From contig JAYELZ010000034.1 of NCBI GenBank assembly GCA_034717835.1, forward strand, positions 1 to 58,625: a stretch of 58,625 nucleotides of DNA, in the 5' to 3' direction. The notes under the pieces were generated by a model. That model saw only the letters and a list, made by a program, of their open reading frames with translations, was not told the DNA's origin and did no database searches. This document shows, piece after piece, positions 28,371-38,836 of the stretch. The DNA comes from Chloroflexota bacterium. Lineage in GTDB: Bacteria; Chloroflexota; Anaerolineae; B4-G1; SLSP01. Every line of letters starts with the position of its first letter. The stretch's first letter is position 1. Both the position numbers and the translations under genes were made by a program.

Positions 28371-29078
28371 ATGAGTGCGTCTGATAAGATCGCTGAGTAT
28401 CTACAAAGGCCGTTTAACCGCGCTGTCCGCGAGTTCAATCTTATCGAGGATGGCGACCGGATTGCGGTGGGGGTCTCCGGCGGCAAGGATAGCCGCGTTT
28501 TGCTGGAGCTGTTATTGCGCGGCGTCAATATCCAGGGGGCTTACGAGGTGGTCGCCGTCCATATTGAGGGGACGGACGTGGGTCTGCCGGATCAACGCCC
28601 GTCATTAGAGCCGTGGTTCCGCGCGCTGGGCGTTGAATATGAGATCGCGCCGCTGGCGGTGGCCGCCAACGAGCCGTTGCCGATGAACTGTTTTCGTTGT
28701 TCTTGGAACCGGCGTAAAGCTCTCTTCTTCGCCGCTGACCGGTGGGGATGTAACAAGGTCGCGCTGGGGCATCACGCCGATGACGCGGCCGTCACCACAT
28801 TGTTGAACGTGCTCTATCAAGGACGGGCTGAATCGCTAGTTCCGCACCGCACTTTCTTTGAGGGCCGTTTTATCGTGATCCGCCCGCTGATCTACGTGGA
28901 GGAGTGCGCCATCTCCCGTTACGCCCGCGCTCGCGGCTGGGAGTTCCCCCCGGAGTTGGAATGTCCCAGGATAGCAGCGTCTCGTCGCACGAAGGTCGTG
29001 GAGTTCTTGCGCTCGTTGAACAAGCGCGAGTATGAGCGGGTACGGGCGAATTTGTGGCGTCTGGGGAGTGAGGTATAG
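28371..29078 (+). CDS. ttcA: TtcA-family PP-loop tRNA thiolation protein
   Basis: SGGKDS, CFRCSWNRR, ALGHHADD, IRPL. Confidence 0.8.
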   Translation: MSASDKIAEYLQRPFNRAVREFNLIEDGDRIAVGVSGGKDSRVLLELLLRGVNIQGAYEVVAVHIEGTDVGLPDQRPSLEPWFRALGVEYEIAPLAVAANEPLPMNCFRCSWNRRKALFFAADRWGCNKVALGHHADDAAVTTLLNVLYQGRAESLVPHRTFFEGRFIVIRPLIYVEECAISRYARARGWEFPPELECPRIAASRRTKVVEFLRSLNKREYERVRANLWRLGSEV

Positions 29079-29086
29079 TGAGGAAC

Positions 29087-29635
29087 ATGTCCACCCTGGA
29101 GCGACGCCAGCGCAAGTTGAGCAAATTTCTCTCGCTGCTTTTGCGGCACCAACCGGCGCGCTTCCCACTGCGGCTAGATGAGGAGGGTTATGCCTCGCTT
29201 GACGCGGTCATGGCCATCCTCAAAGGATTGCCTAACTTCCGCTGGGTCAACCGCGCAGATGTGGACGCGGTGGTCAACGTGACGACGGGTCGCCGGCGGT
29301 TTGAGATTCAGGAGCAGCGCATTCGTGCGCTCTACGGGCACACGTCCCCCCGCCCGAAGTATGAGCCGGTGGAACCGCCGGCGACGCTCTATCATGGCAC
29401 TGCCCCGGAGAATGTGGAGCGGATCAAGCGTGAGGGTTTGCGTCCTATGCAGCGGCAATACGTCCACCTGGCCACAACGCCCCAGATCGCCCGCTCCATT
29501 GGCTTGCGGCATAGTCCAGAGCCGGTGATCCTGGAGATTGATGCCGCCAGGGCTTATGCTGACGGCGTGGCATTTCATCATCCGGTGGCGGAGATCTACT
29601 TGACAACTTGGGTACTAGCGAGGTATATTTCTTAA
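29087..29635 (+). CDS. kptA: RNA 2'-phosphotransferase (Tpt1/KptA)
   Basis: SKFLSLLLRH, RFE, IRALYGHT, LYHGT, GLRPMQRQYVHL. Confidence 0.92.
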   Translation: MSTLERRQRKLSKFLSLLLRHQPARFPLRLDEEGYASLDAVMAILKGLPNFRWVNRADVDAVVNVTTGRRRFEIQEQRIRALYGHTSPRPKYEPVEPPATLYHGTAPENVERIKREGLRPMQRQYVHLATTPQIARSIGLRHSPEPVILEIDAARAYADGVAFHHPVAEIYLTTWVLARYIS

Positions 29636-29755
29636 CACCATTATCTCAGAGTAAACAAAGGGGGTGTGGATGACGAAGAGTAGCTAAAAACAAGAGAGTG
29701 ATTGGTGATTGTGAAAGGTGGCTTATATTTATAACGTGAAGTGAGGAGAAGTATC

Positions 29756-31057
29756 ATGACATTGAGAAAATTGAGTGCTTTAGCGCTGTTAGTCTTGCTG
29801 CTGACCGGGATGCTGGCTGCTTGTGCTCCTAAGGAAGAAGCCGGGCCGGTAACTATCCAGGTTTACTATCCAGTGGCGGTGGATGCGCCTATTGCGGCGA
29901 TCTTCGATGGTTACATTGAGAAGTTCCAGGAGCAAAACCCCAATATCACCGTGGAGGCGGTCTATTCTGGCGGCTACGGCGATGTGAAGACGGCTATCCA
30001 GACGACTATTGATGGTGGTGGTGAACCACCCGCGCTCGCCGTGATGTTGGCTACCGATCTCTACGATCTGGTCAACGCGGGTTATATTCTGGCGCTAGAT
30101 GATTATATTGCGGCAGACGAGGATGGAGCGGCTTATATGCAAGACTTCATCGCCTCGTTTATGGAGAATTCCCACTACGATGGCAAAACCTGGAGTATCC
30201 CCTTCCAACGCAGCGCAGTGTTGATGTATTACAATGCGGATTTCTTCGCGGAAGCTGGCCTGGAGCCACCTGATAGTTGGGCGGCGTGGGGCGAGGCCGG
30301 GCAGGCGTTGACCCAAAAAGATAGCGACGAGGTCACGCGGTGGGGTATTGAGTTCCCTTCCGGTTGGCCCTACTGGCTATTCCAACCGTTGGCTATCGGT
30401 AATGGTCAGAACATCATCGGCGAGGGCGATGCTGAGGTTTATTTTGATGATCCCAAAGTGATTGAAGCCGTGCAGTTCTACATTGACCTTTCTGAGAAGT
30501 ATGGCGCGATGGCTGCCGGCGTCCAGAGCATTTGGGGACAAGCGCCTACCGATCTGGCCAGTGGGCAGACCGCGATGATTGTCCATTCCAGCGGCAGCCT
30601 AAATACGCTCTTGGAGCAGGCCGATTTCGAGGTCGGCGTGATGCCCCTTCCCGGCAAAACAGCCGGAACTTACGCTTCTGTTCCTGGTGGCGGCAATCTC
30701 TACCTCTTCGATAATATCGATAAGGTTAAACAGGATGCAGCCTGGAAATTCATCCGTTTCTTGAGCGAACCTGAGCGCGCCGCTGACTTCAGTATCCAAT
30801 CCGGCTACTTTGCCAGCTGCAAGGGCGCCTACGAGACTGAGGTCATGAAGGCGTATATGGCTGATAATCCGCAGGTGGCGCAGGCGCGGGCGGCGTTGGA
30901 TGTGGCCGGGGCTGAATTCTCCGTGCAGAACTTGGGCGAAGTGCGCGGCATCTTCCACAACTACTTGCAGCAAGCCTACAATGGCGAGCTGTCGGCCGCT
31001 GAAGCGATGGCGGCCGCGCAAGCTGAAGCCGATGCTGCTATGGAAGCGTTCAAATAA
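29756..31057 (+). CDS. Carbohydrate/glycerol-3-phosphate ABC transporter substrate-binding lipoprotein (UgpB-like)
   Basis: Lipobox LAAC, SIPFQRS..MYYN, GGGNLY, AAWKFIRFL. Confidence 0.88.
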   Translation: MTLRKLSALALLVLLLTGMLAACAPKEEAGPVTIQVYYPVAVDAPIAAIFDGYIEKFQEQNPNITVEAVYSGGYGDVKTAIQTTIDGGGEPPALAVMLATDLYDLVNAGYILALDDYIAADEDGAAYMQDFIASFMENSHYDGKTWSIPFQRSAVLMYYNADFFAEAGLEPPDSWAAWGEAGQALTQKDSDEVTRWGIEFPSGWPYWLFQPLAIGNGQNIIGEGDAEVYFDDPKVIEAVQFYIDLSEKYGAMAAGVQSIWGQAPTDLASGQTAMIVHSSGSLNTLLEQADFEVGVMPLPGKTAGTYASVPGGGNLYLFDNIDKVKQDAAWKFIRFLSEPERAADFSIQSGYFASCKGAYETEVMKAYMADNPQVAQARAALDVAGAEFSVQNLGEVRGIFHNYLQQAYNGELSAAEAMAAAQAEADAAMEAFK

Positions 31058-31080
31058 GAGCTGCGTGTAGTTGAGGTATG

Positions 31081-31122
31081 AGTTCGGGGCAACGTACTTT
31101 CCTTAGTGCGTTGCCCCGAACT
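31081..31122 (+). terminator. Intercistronic stem-loop after the binding-protein gene
   Basis: AGTTCGGGGCAACGTAC...GTGCGTTGCCCCGAACT long stem. Confidence 0.6.
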
Positions 31123-31142
31123 ATTAGAATCGGGAGAATTTT

Positions 31143-32045
31143 ATGGAAAAAGAAACCGCCAGATCAAGGATAGATCGCTATTTACCGTATCTCTTAGTTT
31201 TGCCCACTTTCGCCTTTGTCTCATTATTCACCGTTTGGCCGACACTCTCCGCGCTCTATCGGAGTTTCTTCCAACAGCGGCTTAATATCGCCAAATTTCG
31301 CACGCCCACCTTTATCGGCTTGGGGAATTATGCCGATATCTTCTCCGATCCCCACTTTCACCGTGTGTTAGGTAACACCCTGTTCTACATTATTGGTACA
31401 GTTCCCCTCAGTATCTTACTAGGTTTCCTCTTCGCGATGTTGGTCAATCGCAAAGTGCGGAACGTGGGATTGGCGCGGCTCGCTTTCTTCCACACCACGA
31501 TTTTGCCGATGGTGAGCGCGGCAACCGTCTGGATGTTCTTCTTTACTCCTGGTTATGGTCTATTCAACACAGCCCTGGCCGCGCTAGGCTACAGCGGCCC
31601 GCAAAACTGGACCGGCTCCCCGGATCTGGCTCTGCTGGCTGTGATGATAGTCGCCATCTGGAAAAACGCCGGTTACTACATGATCTTCTATCTGGCCGGG
31701 TTGCAAAATCTCCCCACCCCACTCTACGAGGCGGCGGGTCTGGATGGGGCGAACTGGTGGCAAAAGATTTGGTCTTTGACGTTACCCCTCCTGCGCCGCA
31801 CGACCCTGTTTATCACCACCATCGCTTTTATCGACGCTTTCCGTACCATTGACCATATCTTTGTCTTGACGAGTGGCGGCCCCAGCGAGGCGAGCACGGT
31901 CTTGCTCTACTATCTCTGGCAGAAGAGGTTCGAGCAATTGGATATCGGGCTTTCATCGGCACTCACCGTCATTCTCATCTTGGTGCTCTTAGTTTTCACC
32001 ATCACCAATTTCCGGGTCTCGGAGAAGGGGGAGGAAGATGTCTAA
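31143..32045 (+). CDS. CUT1 ABC permease (UgpA-like)
   Basis: FIGLGNY, LAGLQNLP..LYEAAGLDGA, TSGGP. Confidence 0.9.
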   Translation: MEKETARSRIDRYLPYLLVLPTFAFVSLFTVWPTLSALYRSFFQQRLNIAKFRTPTFIGLGNYADIFSDPHFHRVLGNTLFYIIGTVPLSILLGFLFAMLVNRKVRNVGLARLAFFHTTILPMVSAATVWMFFFTPGYGLFNTALAALGYSGPQNWTGSPDLALLAVMIVAIWKNAGYYMIFYLAGLQNLPTPLYEAAGLDGANWWQKIWSLTLPLLRRTTLFITTIAFIDAFRTIDHIFVLTSGGPSEASTVLLYYLWQKRFEQLDIGLSSALTVILILVLLVFTITNFRVSEKGEEDV

Positions 32046-32874
32046 TAAATTCCGTATCCGTGCGGGTAAGTTGGCGGTCAGTTTCTTGACACTAGGATTA
32101 TCGCTTCTCTGGTTGACCCCGGTGTTCTGGACGCTGATCGCCTCGCTCCGGCCGGCCGACGATCCACTGGGACGGGGGAATGTTTGGTTCGGCTATACGT
32201 TGACGTTAGCTAACTACTGGCGGGCCTGGTCCATGGCGCCTTTCGGTGAATACTATCTCAACACTGTTTCCTTGGTGCTGATGATATTAGGCGTGCAGCT
32301 AGTTACCGTCACCATCGCCGCTTTTGCGTTCACCTATTATCAGTTCAAGGGGAAAAAAGCGCTCTTCTTCTTTATCTTATTGCAGATGATGATTCCCACC
32401 TCGGCTCTCTTAGCTCCCAACTTCAGCACTATCAGCAAGCTGGGTCTCTTTGATACGATTCTGGCCATCGGGATACCCTATTTCGGTTCGGCCTTTGGCA
32501 CCTTCTTGTTGCGTCAAGCCTTCTTGGAAGTGCCGCGTGATCTGGTGGACGCCGGGACCATTGATGGCTGCTCCTGGTGGCAGCTGCTCTGGCATATCTA
32601 CCTGCCGCCCTCCTTGCCTACCCTCATCGCTTTTGGTCTCTCCTCCGTGATCTGGCACTGGAATGAGTTCCTCTGGCCCTTAATTGTGACCAACAGCCCC
32701 AACAGCCGCCCGCTGACCACGGGATTAGTGCGCTTCACGCAGCTGGGTGAGATTGGCGCGCAATGGTCGCTGCTCACGGCGGCGACTCTGTTGGTTGTCG
32801 GCCCGCTCTTTATCATCTTCTTGATCTTCCAGCGACGTTTTATCCAGAGCTTTGTACATTCCGGGTTGAAGTGA
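32038..32874 (+). CDS. CUT1 ABC permease (UgpE-like)
   Basis: FLLRQAF..VPRDLVDAGTIDG, WNEFLWPLIV, FQRRFI. Confidence 0.9.
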   Translation: MSNKFRIRAGKLAVSFLTLGLSLLWLTPVFWTLIASLRPADDPLGRGNVWFGYTLTLANYWRAWSMAPFGEYYLNTVSLVLMILGVQLVTVTIAAFAFTYYQFKGKKALFFFILLQMMIPTSALLAPNFSTISKLGLFDTILAIGIPYFGSAFGTFLLRQAFLEVPRDLVDAGTIDGCSWWQLLWHIYLPPSLPTLIAFGLSSVIWHWNEFLWPLIVTNSPNSRPLTTGLVRFTQLGEIGAQWSLLTAATLLVVGPLFIIFLIFQRRFIQSFVHSGLK

Positions 32875-32881
32875 GTCTCTC

Positions 32882-33238
32882 TTGATAATTTTGCACATCA
32901 CCCCGCGCGCTAGCTGGCAGGCAGCGCAGACGGAAGGCTCCTATTACGCAGACTCTCTGGAGACCGAGGGGTTCATTCATTGCTCGCGGCCTTCCCAGAT
33001 TGTGGGCGTAGCCAACGAGTTCTATCGTGGGCAGAGCGGGTTGGTCTTGCTGGTCATCGCTGCAGAGCGCGTGGCGGCGACGGTGCGTTACGAGGATTGT
33101 TACGCTACCGGACAGCAGTTCCCGCATATCTACGGGCCGCTTAACTTGGCCGCGGTGTTGCAGGTTGTGGAGTTCCTCCCGCAAGAGGATGGTATTTTTG
33201 AGCTCACGGCCCTCGATTTGAAGGATGCACCAGCGTGA
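32882..33238 (+). CDS. DUF952 family protein
   Basis: ILHI, SLETEGFIHCS, FPHIYGPLN. Confidence 0.88.
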   Translation: MIILHITPRASWQAAQTEGSYYADSLETEGFIHCSRPSQIVGVANEFYRGQSGLVLLVIAAERVAATVRYEDCYATGQQFPHIYGPLNLAAVLQVVEFLPQEDGIFELTALDLKDAPA

Positions 33239-33421
33239 ATTGGCAATTTTTTATAAATGCGTTATACTAAAGAATATTAGATGAGTTGAGTTTTAGTTTG
33301 AGCCTAAAAACCGCTTGGTTCTTAACTTCCAGGCGGTTTTTTCATTTGGAAGGGGCCCAATTGCCAAACCAACTTGTGTAGAATTAGTTGCATGGAGATG
33401 CAAGAAGGAGAAAGAGATACG

Positions 33422-33862
33422 ATGAACGAGCAAGAAACTGAGATCGTGAATGAGGAAGAACTGGAAGTTGAAGTTGTTGATGAGGTGGAAGTTGAGGCCG
33501 TGCCCGAGGCCGAGAGTGAAGTAGAACCTGAAGCGGAATCTGAAGAGGCAGAAGTTGAGACGGTAGAGACCGAAGCGGTGGAGGCCGAAGTGGCGAAGAC
33601 GGAAGCGGCGGATGAAAAAGAGACCGGCACCGTTAAATGGTTTAACGCAGCTAAAGGTTATGGTTTTATTACCCGTGAGGGTGACGAAGACGTGTTTGTT
33701 CACTATTCCTCAATTGTTGCGGATGGTTTCCGCTCCCTAGAGGATGGTCAGAGCGTTAAGTTTAAGGTTGAAAATACCCCGAAAGGGCTACAGGCTATTG
33801 AGGTGGAGATTGTTGGTGGCAGCACTGGTAGCTCATCCTCAAAACCCACCAGCTTCTGGTAA
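33422..33862 (+). CDS. Cold-shock domain protein with long acidic N-terminal extension
   Basis: [42 protein letters not shown] before ATG 33422. Confidence 0.9.
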   Translation: MNEQETEIVNEEELEVEVVDEVEVEAVPEAESEVEPEAESEEAEVETVETEAVEAEVAKTEAADEKETGTVKWFNAAKGYGFITREGDEDVFVHYSSIVADGFRSLEDGQSVKFKVENTPKGLQAIEVEIVGGSTGSSSSKPTSFW

Positions 33863-33884
33863 ATCGATAATTAAACAGAGTGAG

Positions 33885-33916
33885 GAGTCCTGGGGGATTT
33901 CCCCAGGACTCTTTTT
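33885..33916 (+). terminator. Intrinsic terminator
   Basis: GAGTCCTGGGG-gattt-CCCCAGGACTC followed by TTTTT. Confidence 0.8.
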
Positions 33917-34180
33917 GTTATATCTATCGTGCAGCGAAACGTAAAATGAGAGGTTCTCACGTAGGCGGACACTGTCACTGCCGGTTCCGCTACCGCGACT
34001 TCAGTCGTTGCTGGAGGCACTTATCCAAGCAGCCTTGATGGAGTACTAGGTGCGTCGCACTGCAGAAGAGTAAACGGATCCCTATGGTTTTGGCGCGAGT
34101 GAGTTGCATGTTAAGGAACGTGTACTAAAATGGATAGCTATCAAGAGTGCATTAGCTCCAGGTAGGAGGCAACCATACCG

Positions 34181-35131
34181 ATGTTTACTTTTGGGCCGGT
34201 ACCGTCACGTAGATTAGGGCGCAGTTTGGGGATCAACAACATTCCCCCCAAGGTCTGTCCTTACGCTTGTGTTTATTGTCAGGTGGGCCGCACTACGCGG
34301 ATGAGCATTCAACGCCAGGAATTTTATCCTCCCGCAGAAATTCTTCAGGCGGTGCAGGCTAAGTTGGCCGAGGCTGAAAAGATCAAGGCCGCGGTCGATT
34401 TTCTCACTTTCGTACCGGATGGAGAGCCTACCTTAGACATCCACCTGGGAGAGGAGATTGCGGCCTTGCGAGCGCTGCCGCCTCAGATTGCGGTAATCAG
34501 CAACGCGGCGCTCATCTGGCAACCGGAGGTGCGGGCGGAACTGGCGCAGGCGGATTGGGTCTCCTTGAAGGTTGATTCTGCCGTGGAGGCAGTCTGGCGT
34601 AAGGTCAACCGGCCTTATGCCGCTCTGGAATTAGCCACCCTGCTAACCGGTATACACGAATTTGCGCAGTTATTCACCGGCAAGTTGGTAACTGAGACCC
34701 TGTTGGTGCACGGGGTGAATGACGGGTTAGCCAGTCTGACCGCTACGGCGGCCTTTTTGGGCGAGTTGCAGCCAGCCACGGCCTACATCTCGATACCTAC
34801 TCGTCCCCCCGCCGAACCCTGGGTTGAGGTTCCTACGCCAGCCTCCTTGCACCAGGCTTATCAGCTTTTCAAAGAGCAAGTTGAAAACGTAGAGTTTATC
34901 ATCGCCTATGAGGGCAATGACTTCACCAGAACTAGCGATGTGGCCGCGGATTTGTTGAGCATCACGGCAGTGCATCCCATGCGGGAGGATGCGGTCAAGG
35001 GCTTCTTGGCAGCGGCCGGGGCCAGTACGGAACTCGTCACTGAGTTAATAGCGCGTGGTCTGTTATCCAAGTTGGAGTACCAGGGCCGGCGTTTTTATGT
35101 CCGGCGGTTCTCTAAGGCGGCGGCTGAATAA
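34181..35131 (+). CDS. Radical SAM protein (COG0731-like)
   Basis: FGPVPSRRLGRSLGIN, CPYACVYC, DGEPTL. Confidence 0.88.
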   Translation: MFTFGPVPSRRLGRSLGINNIPPKVCPYACVYCQVGRTTRMSIQRQEFYPPAEILQAVQAKLAEAEKIKAAVDFLTFVPDGEPTLDIHLGEEIAALRALPPQIAVISNAALIWQPEVRAELAQADWVSLKVDSAVEAVWRKVNRPYAALELATLLTGIHEFAQLFTGKLVTETLLVHGVNDGLASLTATAAFLGELQPATAYISIPTRPPAEPWVEVPTPASLHQAYQLFKEQVENVEFIIAYEGNDFTRTSDVAADLLSITAVHPMREDAVKGFLAAAGASTELVTELIARGLLSKLEYQGRRFYVRRFSKAAAE

Positions 35132-35174
35132 CGCGCGTATACTATTACCAATTATTTTATAAGGAGGCCATGAG

Positions 35175-35621
35175 ATGAGCGAGAAGGTGAAACTTGGCAT
35201 TATCATCTGTGATCGTTATCGGAGATGCGCCGGTGGTAAATGTTTGCGCGCCGTGCGCGAGCGAGAAGGGGCTTTCAGCCGTTATCAAGGCCTGGAGGTT
35301 GAAGTCGTCGGGTACACCACCTGTGACGGGTGTCCCGGTGGGAACGTGGAATATGCCGTCAACGAGATGCAGTCGAACGGCGCGGAGGTCATCCATCTGG
35401 CTACGGGGCTGATTGTGGGGTATCCGCCCTGCCCGTATATCACCTATTTCCAGGATTTCATCGAAACCCGCTATGGCCTGGAGGTCGTTTACGGCACCCA
35501 TCCCATCCCGGAGAAATATCTCAAGGTACATACCCGGCTGGGCACCTGGGACAATCCCGAATGGCAAGAGATCATCCAAGCGACTCTGACGGATGAGGAA
35601 ACCCGCCTGGCTTATGATTAA
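35175..35621 (+). CDS. CGGC-domain protein
   Basis: ICDRYRRCAGGKC, TCDGCPG, YPPCP, GTH. Confidence 0.85.
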   Translation: MSEKVKLGIIICDRYRRCAGGKCLRAVREREGAFSRYQGLEVEVVGYTTCDGCPGGNVEYAVNEMQSNGAEVIHLATGLIVGYPPCPYITYFQDFIETRYGLEVVYGTHPIPEKYLKVHTRLGTWDNPEWQEIIQATLTDEETRLAYD

Positions 35622-35865
35622 ATCTGGCGGAGCTTGGGCCGGTCTCCCGACCGTGCCCGCATAGTGTGATTTGGGCCTGGCCTGGTGGCGCGGTCAGGAG
35701 ACCGGCCACAGCTAGCTAGGGCAGGTAATAAATAGGACACGGACGAGCATAGATGAGCTCGAAAAAAATAACTCACTACGGAGCCACAGAGAACACGGAG
35801 AAGGAAAATTAACTCTCGACCTGCGACTTTCGACTTTTATTATCCTATGAGGTGAATGAAATCAA

Positions 35866-36804
35866 ATGAAACCACAATTCTCTATTGTCGGCCCAGTCTA
35901 TAACGAGGAAGTTTTAATCCCTCAGTTCTACGAGCGCGTGCGCGCAGTAATGGACGCGCTGGGGGAGCCGTGGGAGGTCGTATTAGTTGATGACGGCAGC
36001 ACGGATCGCACGCCGGAAATCCTGGACGAGCTCCATGCGCAAGACCCGGAGCATGTGGTGGTGTTACACTTTGCCCGCAACTTCGGACACCAGCTCGCCA
36101 TCACCGCCGGGATGGATCACGCGCGCGGCGCGGCGGTAGTGGTCATCGATACCGATCTCCAAGACCCCCCGGAGGTCATCCCCGAGTTGATTGCCCAGTG
36201 GCGCGCGGGTTATGAGGTGGTCTACGCGGTGCGGGCGGAACGCGAGGGCGAGACCTGGTTCAAGTTGATCACGGCGCGGCTCTTCTACCGGCTGATCCAG
36301 CAGCTCACCAGCGTCACTATTCCGATGGAGGCGGGCGACTTCCGGCTATTGGATCGCCAGGTGATCGAGGTGTTACGTCGCATCCGCGAGCAGCACCGTT
36401 TTGTGCGCGCGCTAGTCTCCTGGGTGGGATTTCGACAAGTGGGCGTGCCGTATCATCGCTATGCGCGAGCGGCCGGCGAGACCAAGTATTCCTTCCCCAA
36501 GATGCTGCGCCTGGCGCTGGATGCCATCACAGGCTTCTCCACCCTCCCGCTTAAATTGGCGACTTGGGCCGGGACGGTAGTCACGGCTAGCGGATTACTG
36601 CTGGCGTTACTGTTGTTGATTTTACGTCTGCAAGGACAAGCGCCGCTGGCGGGGCAGGGATTGACGGCGAGCCTGGTACTCTTTGGCGGGGGCGTCCAAC
36701 TATGGATGCTGGGCCTTCTGGGTGAATATGTCGGGCGGATTTATGACGAGGTGCGTCACCGTCCGTTATATATTGTGGGGGAGACGTTGCGGCTGGAAGA
36801 GTGA
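35866..36804 (+). CDS. GT2 polyprenol-phosphate glycosyltransferase (GtrB/YkcC-like)
   Basis: PVYNEE, VDDGSTD, RNFGHQ.A..AG, DTDLQDPP, GDFRL, two C-terminal TM helices, GEYVGRIY. Confidence 0.92.
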   Translation: MKPQFSIVGPVYNEEVLIPQFYERVRAVMDALGEPWEVVLVDDGSTDRTPEILDELHAQDPEHVVVLHFARNFGHQLAITAGMDHARGAAVVVIDTDLQDPPEVIPELIAQWRAGYEVVYAVRAEREGETWFKLITARLFYRLIQQLTSVTIPMEAGDFRLLDRQVIEVLRRIREQHRFVRALVSWVGFRQVGVPYHRYARAAGETKYSFPKMLRLALDAITGFSTLPLKLATWAGTVVTASGLLLALLLLILRLQGQAPLAGQGLTASLVLFGGGVQLWMLGLLGEYVGRIYDEVRHRPLYIVGETLRLEE

Positions 36805-36859
36805 GCAGCCAGTCGTTAGTGATTAGCAGTTAGCTATTAGCCTAAGGAGCGAACCTACG

Positions 36860-38308
36860 ATGACGTATTGGGACGTTTACTACACAGTGACGAGTATGGA
36901 TGAGGCGGTGCGTTTACTGGCGGAACATGCCGGTGCGGCGCGGATTATCGCCGGTGGCACGGACTTGGTTGTGGAGTTGCGCAAGGGGGCGCGGCAACTG
37001 GACAGAGTAATTGATATTTCCCGCGTGGGGGGCTGGGATTATATCGAGCGGCGCGCCGATGGTCTTATCCACGTGGGGGCGGCGGTCTCACATACGCAGG
37101 CGGCGGCTTCCCCGCTATTGCAGGAGTACGCGCTCCCGCTGGCGCAAGCTTGCTGGGGCGTCGGTGCACCGGCGTTGCGCAATCGCGGCACCATCGCGGG
37201 GAACTTGGCGACTGCTTCCCCGGCTAACGACACGATCACGGCATTGCGCGCGTTGGAAGCTCAAGTTACCTTGCGTAGCGTGCGCGGTGAGCGCACTGTA
37301 TCGCTATCCGAGTTCTACCGGGGGGTGCGCCGGACTGTCATGCAGCCCGATGAACTGCTGGTGGATATCGCCTTTGCGCCGCTGGGGGAAGATGAAGCAG
37401 GGGTTTACCTCAAGCTGGGGTTGCGCAAGGTGTTGACTATCGCCGTGACCAACGTCGCGTTAGTGCTCCGCCGGCCTCACGGACAGATAGCGGAGGCGCG
37501 CATCGCGCTGGGGAGCGTCGCGCCCACCATCATCCGCGCGCCGGCGGCGGAAGCGGCGCTCTGCGGGCAACCGTTGACCCCGGAGAGCATCAAGGCGGCG
37601 GCGCAGTTGGCCTCGGAGGCTGCGACCCCCATCGACGATGTGCGTGGTTCCGCCTGGTTCCGCAACGAAGAGGTGGCGGCGTTAGTGCGCCGGGGACTTC
37701 AATCCCTGCGGCACGGTGAGGAGCGGCTCGGCTTGCCGCAGCCCGCAGAGCTGGTCAAGTTATGGGGGAAGAGCGAGTTAGAGGGCGGTCAATGTTGGCC
37801 CGCGCTCTCCGGCCCGACCATCGTGCATCACACCGGGGGCGATGAGCCGATTCAATGCACGGTAAACGGGGAAAACGTCAGCGTGCAGGGAGCGAACGGC
37901 AAAACGCTGTTGCATCTGCTGCGTGATGATTTGGGCTTGACGGGGACCAAGGTGGGTTGCGAGGAAGGCGAATGTGGCGCTTGCACCGTCTGGTTGGACG
38001 GCGTGGCGGTGCTCTCCTGCCTCACGCCCGCCCCGCGCGCGCATGGCGCGCGCATCGTCACCGTGGAAGGGCTGGCGCAAGGCGAGCAACTACATCCCGT
38101 GCAAGCGGCTTTCATCGCGGAAGATGCCGTCCAGTGTGGTTACTGCACGCCGGGCTTTGTGATGAGCGCCGCCAATCTGTTGGCCGAAATGCCCCATCCC
38201 ACCCGCGAACAGATTACTGCCGCGTTGAGCGGCAACCTCTGCCGCTGCACCGGTTATTATAAGATCATCAAGGCGGTGGAGAGAGCGGCTGGCGAGGTGC
38301 AGGGCTAG
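36860..38308 (+). CDS. Xanthine dehydrogenase/CoxLMS family fused FAD-binding and 2Fe-2S subunit
   Basis: AGGTDL, RNRGTIAGN, PIDDVRGS, then GTKVGCEEGECGACTV, QCGYCTPG, GNLCRCTGY. Confidence 0.9.
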   Translation: MTYWDVYYTVTSMDEAVRLLAEHAGAARIIAGGTDLVVELRKGARQLDRVIDISRVGGWDYIERRADGLIHVGAAVSHTQAAASPLLQEYALPLAQACWGVGAPALRNRGTIAGNLATASPANDTITALRALEAQVTLRSVRGERTVSLSEFYRGVRRTVMQPDELLVDIAFAPLGEDEAGVYLKLGLRKVLTIAVTNVALVLRRPHGQIAEARIALGSVAPTIIRAPAAEAALCGQPLTPESIKAAAQLASEAATPIDDVRGSAWFRNEEVAALVRRGLQSLRHGEERLGLPQPAELVKLWGKSELEGGQCWPALSGPTIVHHTGGDEPIQCTVNGENVSVQGANGKTLLHLLRDDLGLTGTKVGCEEGECGACTVWLDGVAVLSCLTPAPRAHGARIVTVEGLAQGEQLHPVQAAFIAEDAVQCGYCTPGFVMSAANLLAEMPHPTREQITAALSGNLCRCTGYYKIIKAVERAAGEVQG

Positions 38309-38388
38309 GGATTGGCCCCTATGGTGAATACGACCAAATAGTCAAATAAAAACCGTAATTACTCAGCAACCTTACCAAACTTAAGGGC

Positions 38389-38448
38389 GGACGCAGATTC
38401 TCGCAGATTTTCGCAGATAAAATCAAAAATCAGCGTCCATCAGCGTCC
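38389..38448. repeat. Palindromic repeat family C (GGACGCAGAT...ATCAGCGTCC)
   Basis: Internal 9-10 nt subrepeats (CGCAGATTT, ATCAGCGTCC). A second copy lies at 39298-39368. Confidence 0.7.
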
Positions 38449-38623
38449 AGTTCTTGAAAACTGTCAAGCAGTTAGTCTCGAAGATAGCAGCAATCTTTTA
38501 CGAAGAGCAACCCGTTAAAACATGAGACAAAATGGTTTCGGTGGAGAATGTCGTGGGCGAACTCAACTGCCAAGCGGCCCTGAGCGGATAACTAATTTCT
38601 GACAGAATCATAATAGGGGCAAG

Positions 38624-38836
38624 ATGATCGACCGCACAAAATTTGTAGAACGTAGAGGGAAAATCGCAGACCTGGACCGGTCATTTGACTTGGCGTTCTG
38701 GCAAGCGCAGTCTCCTCAAGCTAGATTCATGGCAGCCTGGGAGTTAATCATGCATGCAAGCAGAGTAAGAGGTATAGATGTTCGTGAACTCCGACTTCAC
38801 CGATCTGTTGAATCTTTTCAACGCCAAACACGTTAG
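38624..38836 (+). CDS. Small hypothetical protein, partner of the downstream nucleotidyltransferase
   Basis: D..FWQAQSPQARF.AAWEL pattern; overlaps the next ORF. Confidence 0.6.
   Translation: MIDRTKFVERRGKIADLDRSFDLAFWQAQSPQARFMAAWELIMHASRVRGIDVRELRLHRSVESFQRQTR

Noticed and set aside
34090-34108. Sigma54 promoter TTGGCGCG...TTGCA
   Set aside because: The spacing between the GG and GC elements is 2 nt too long
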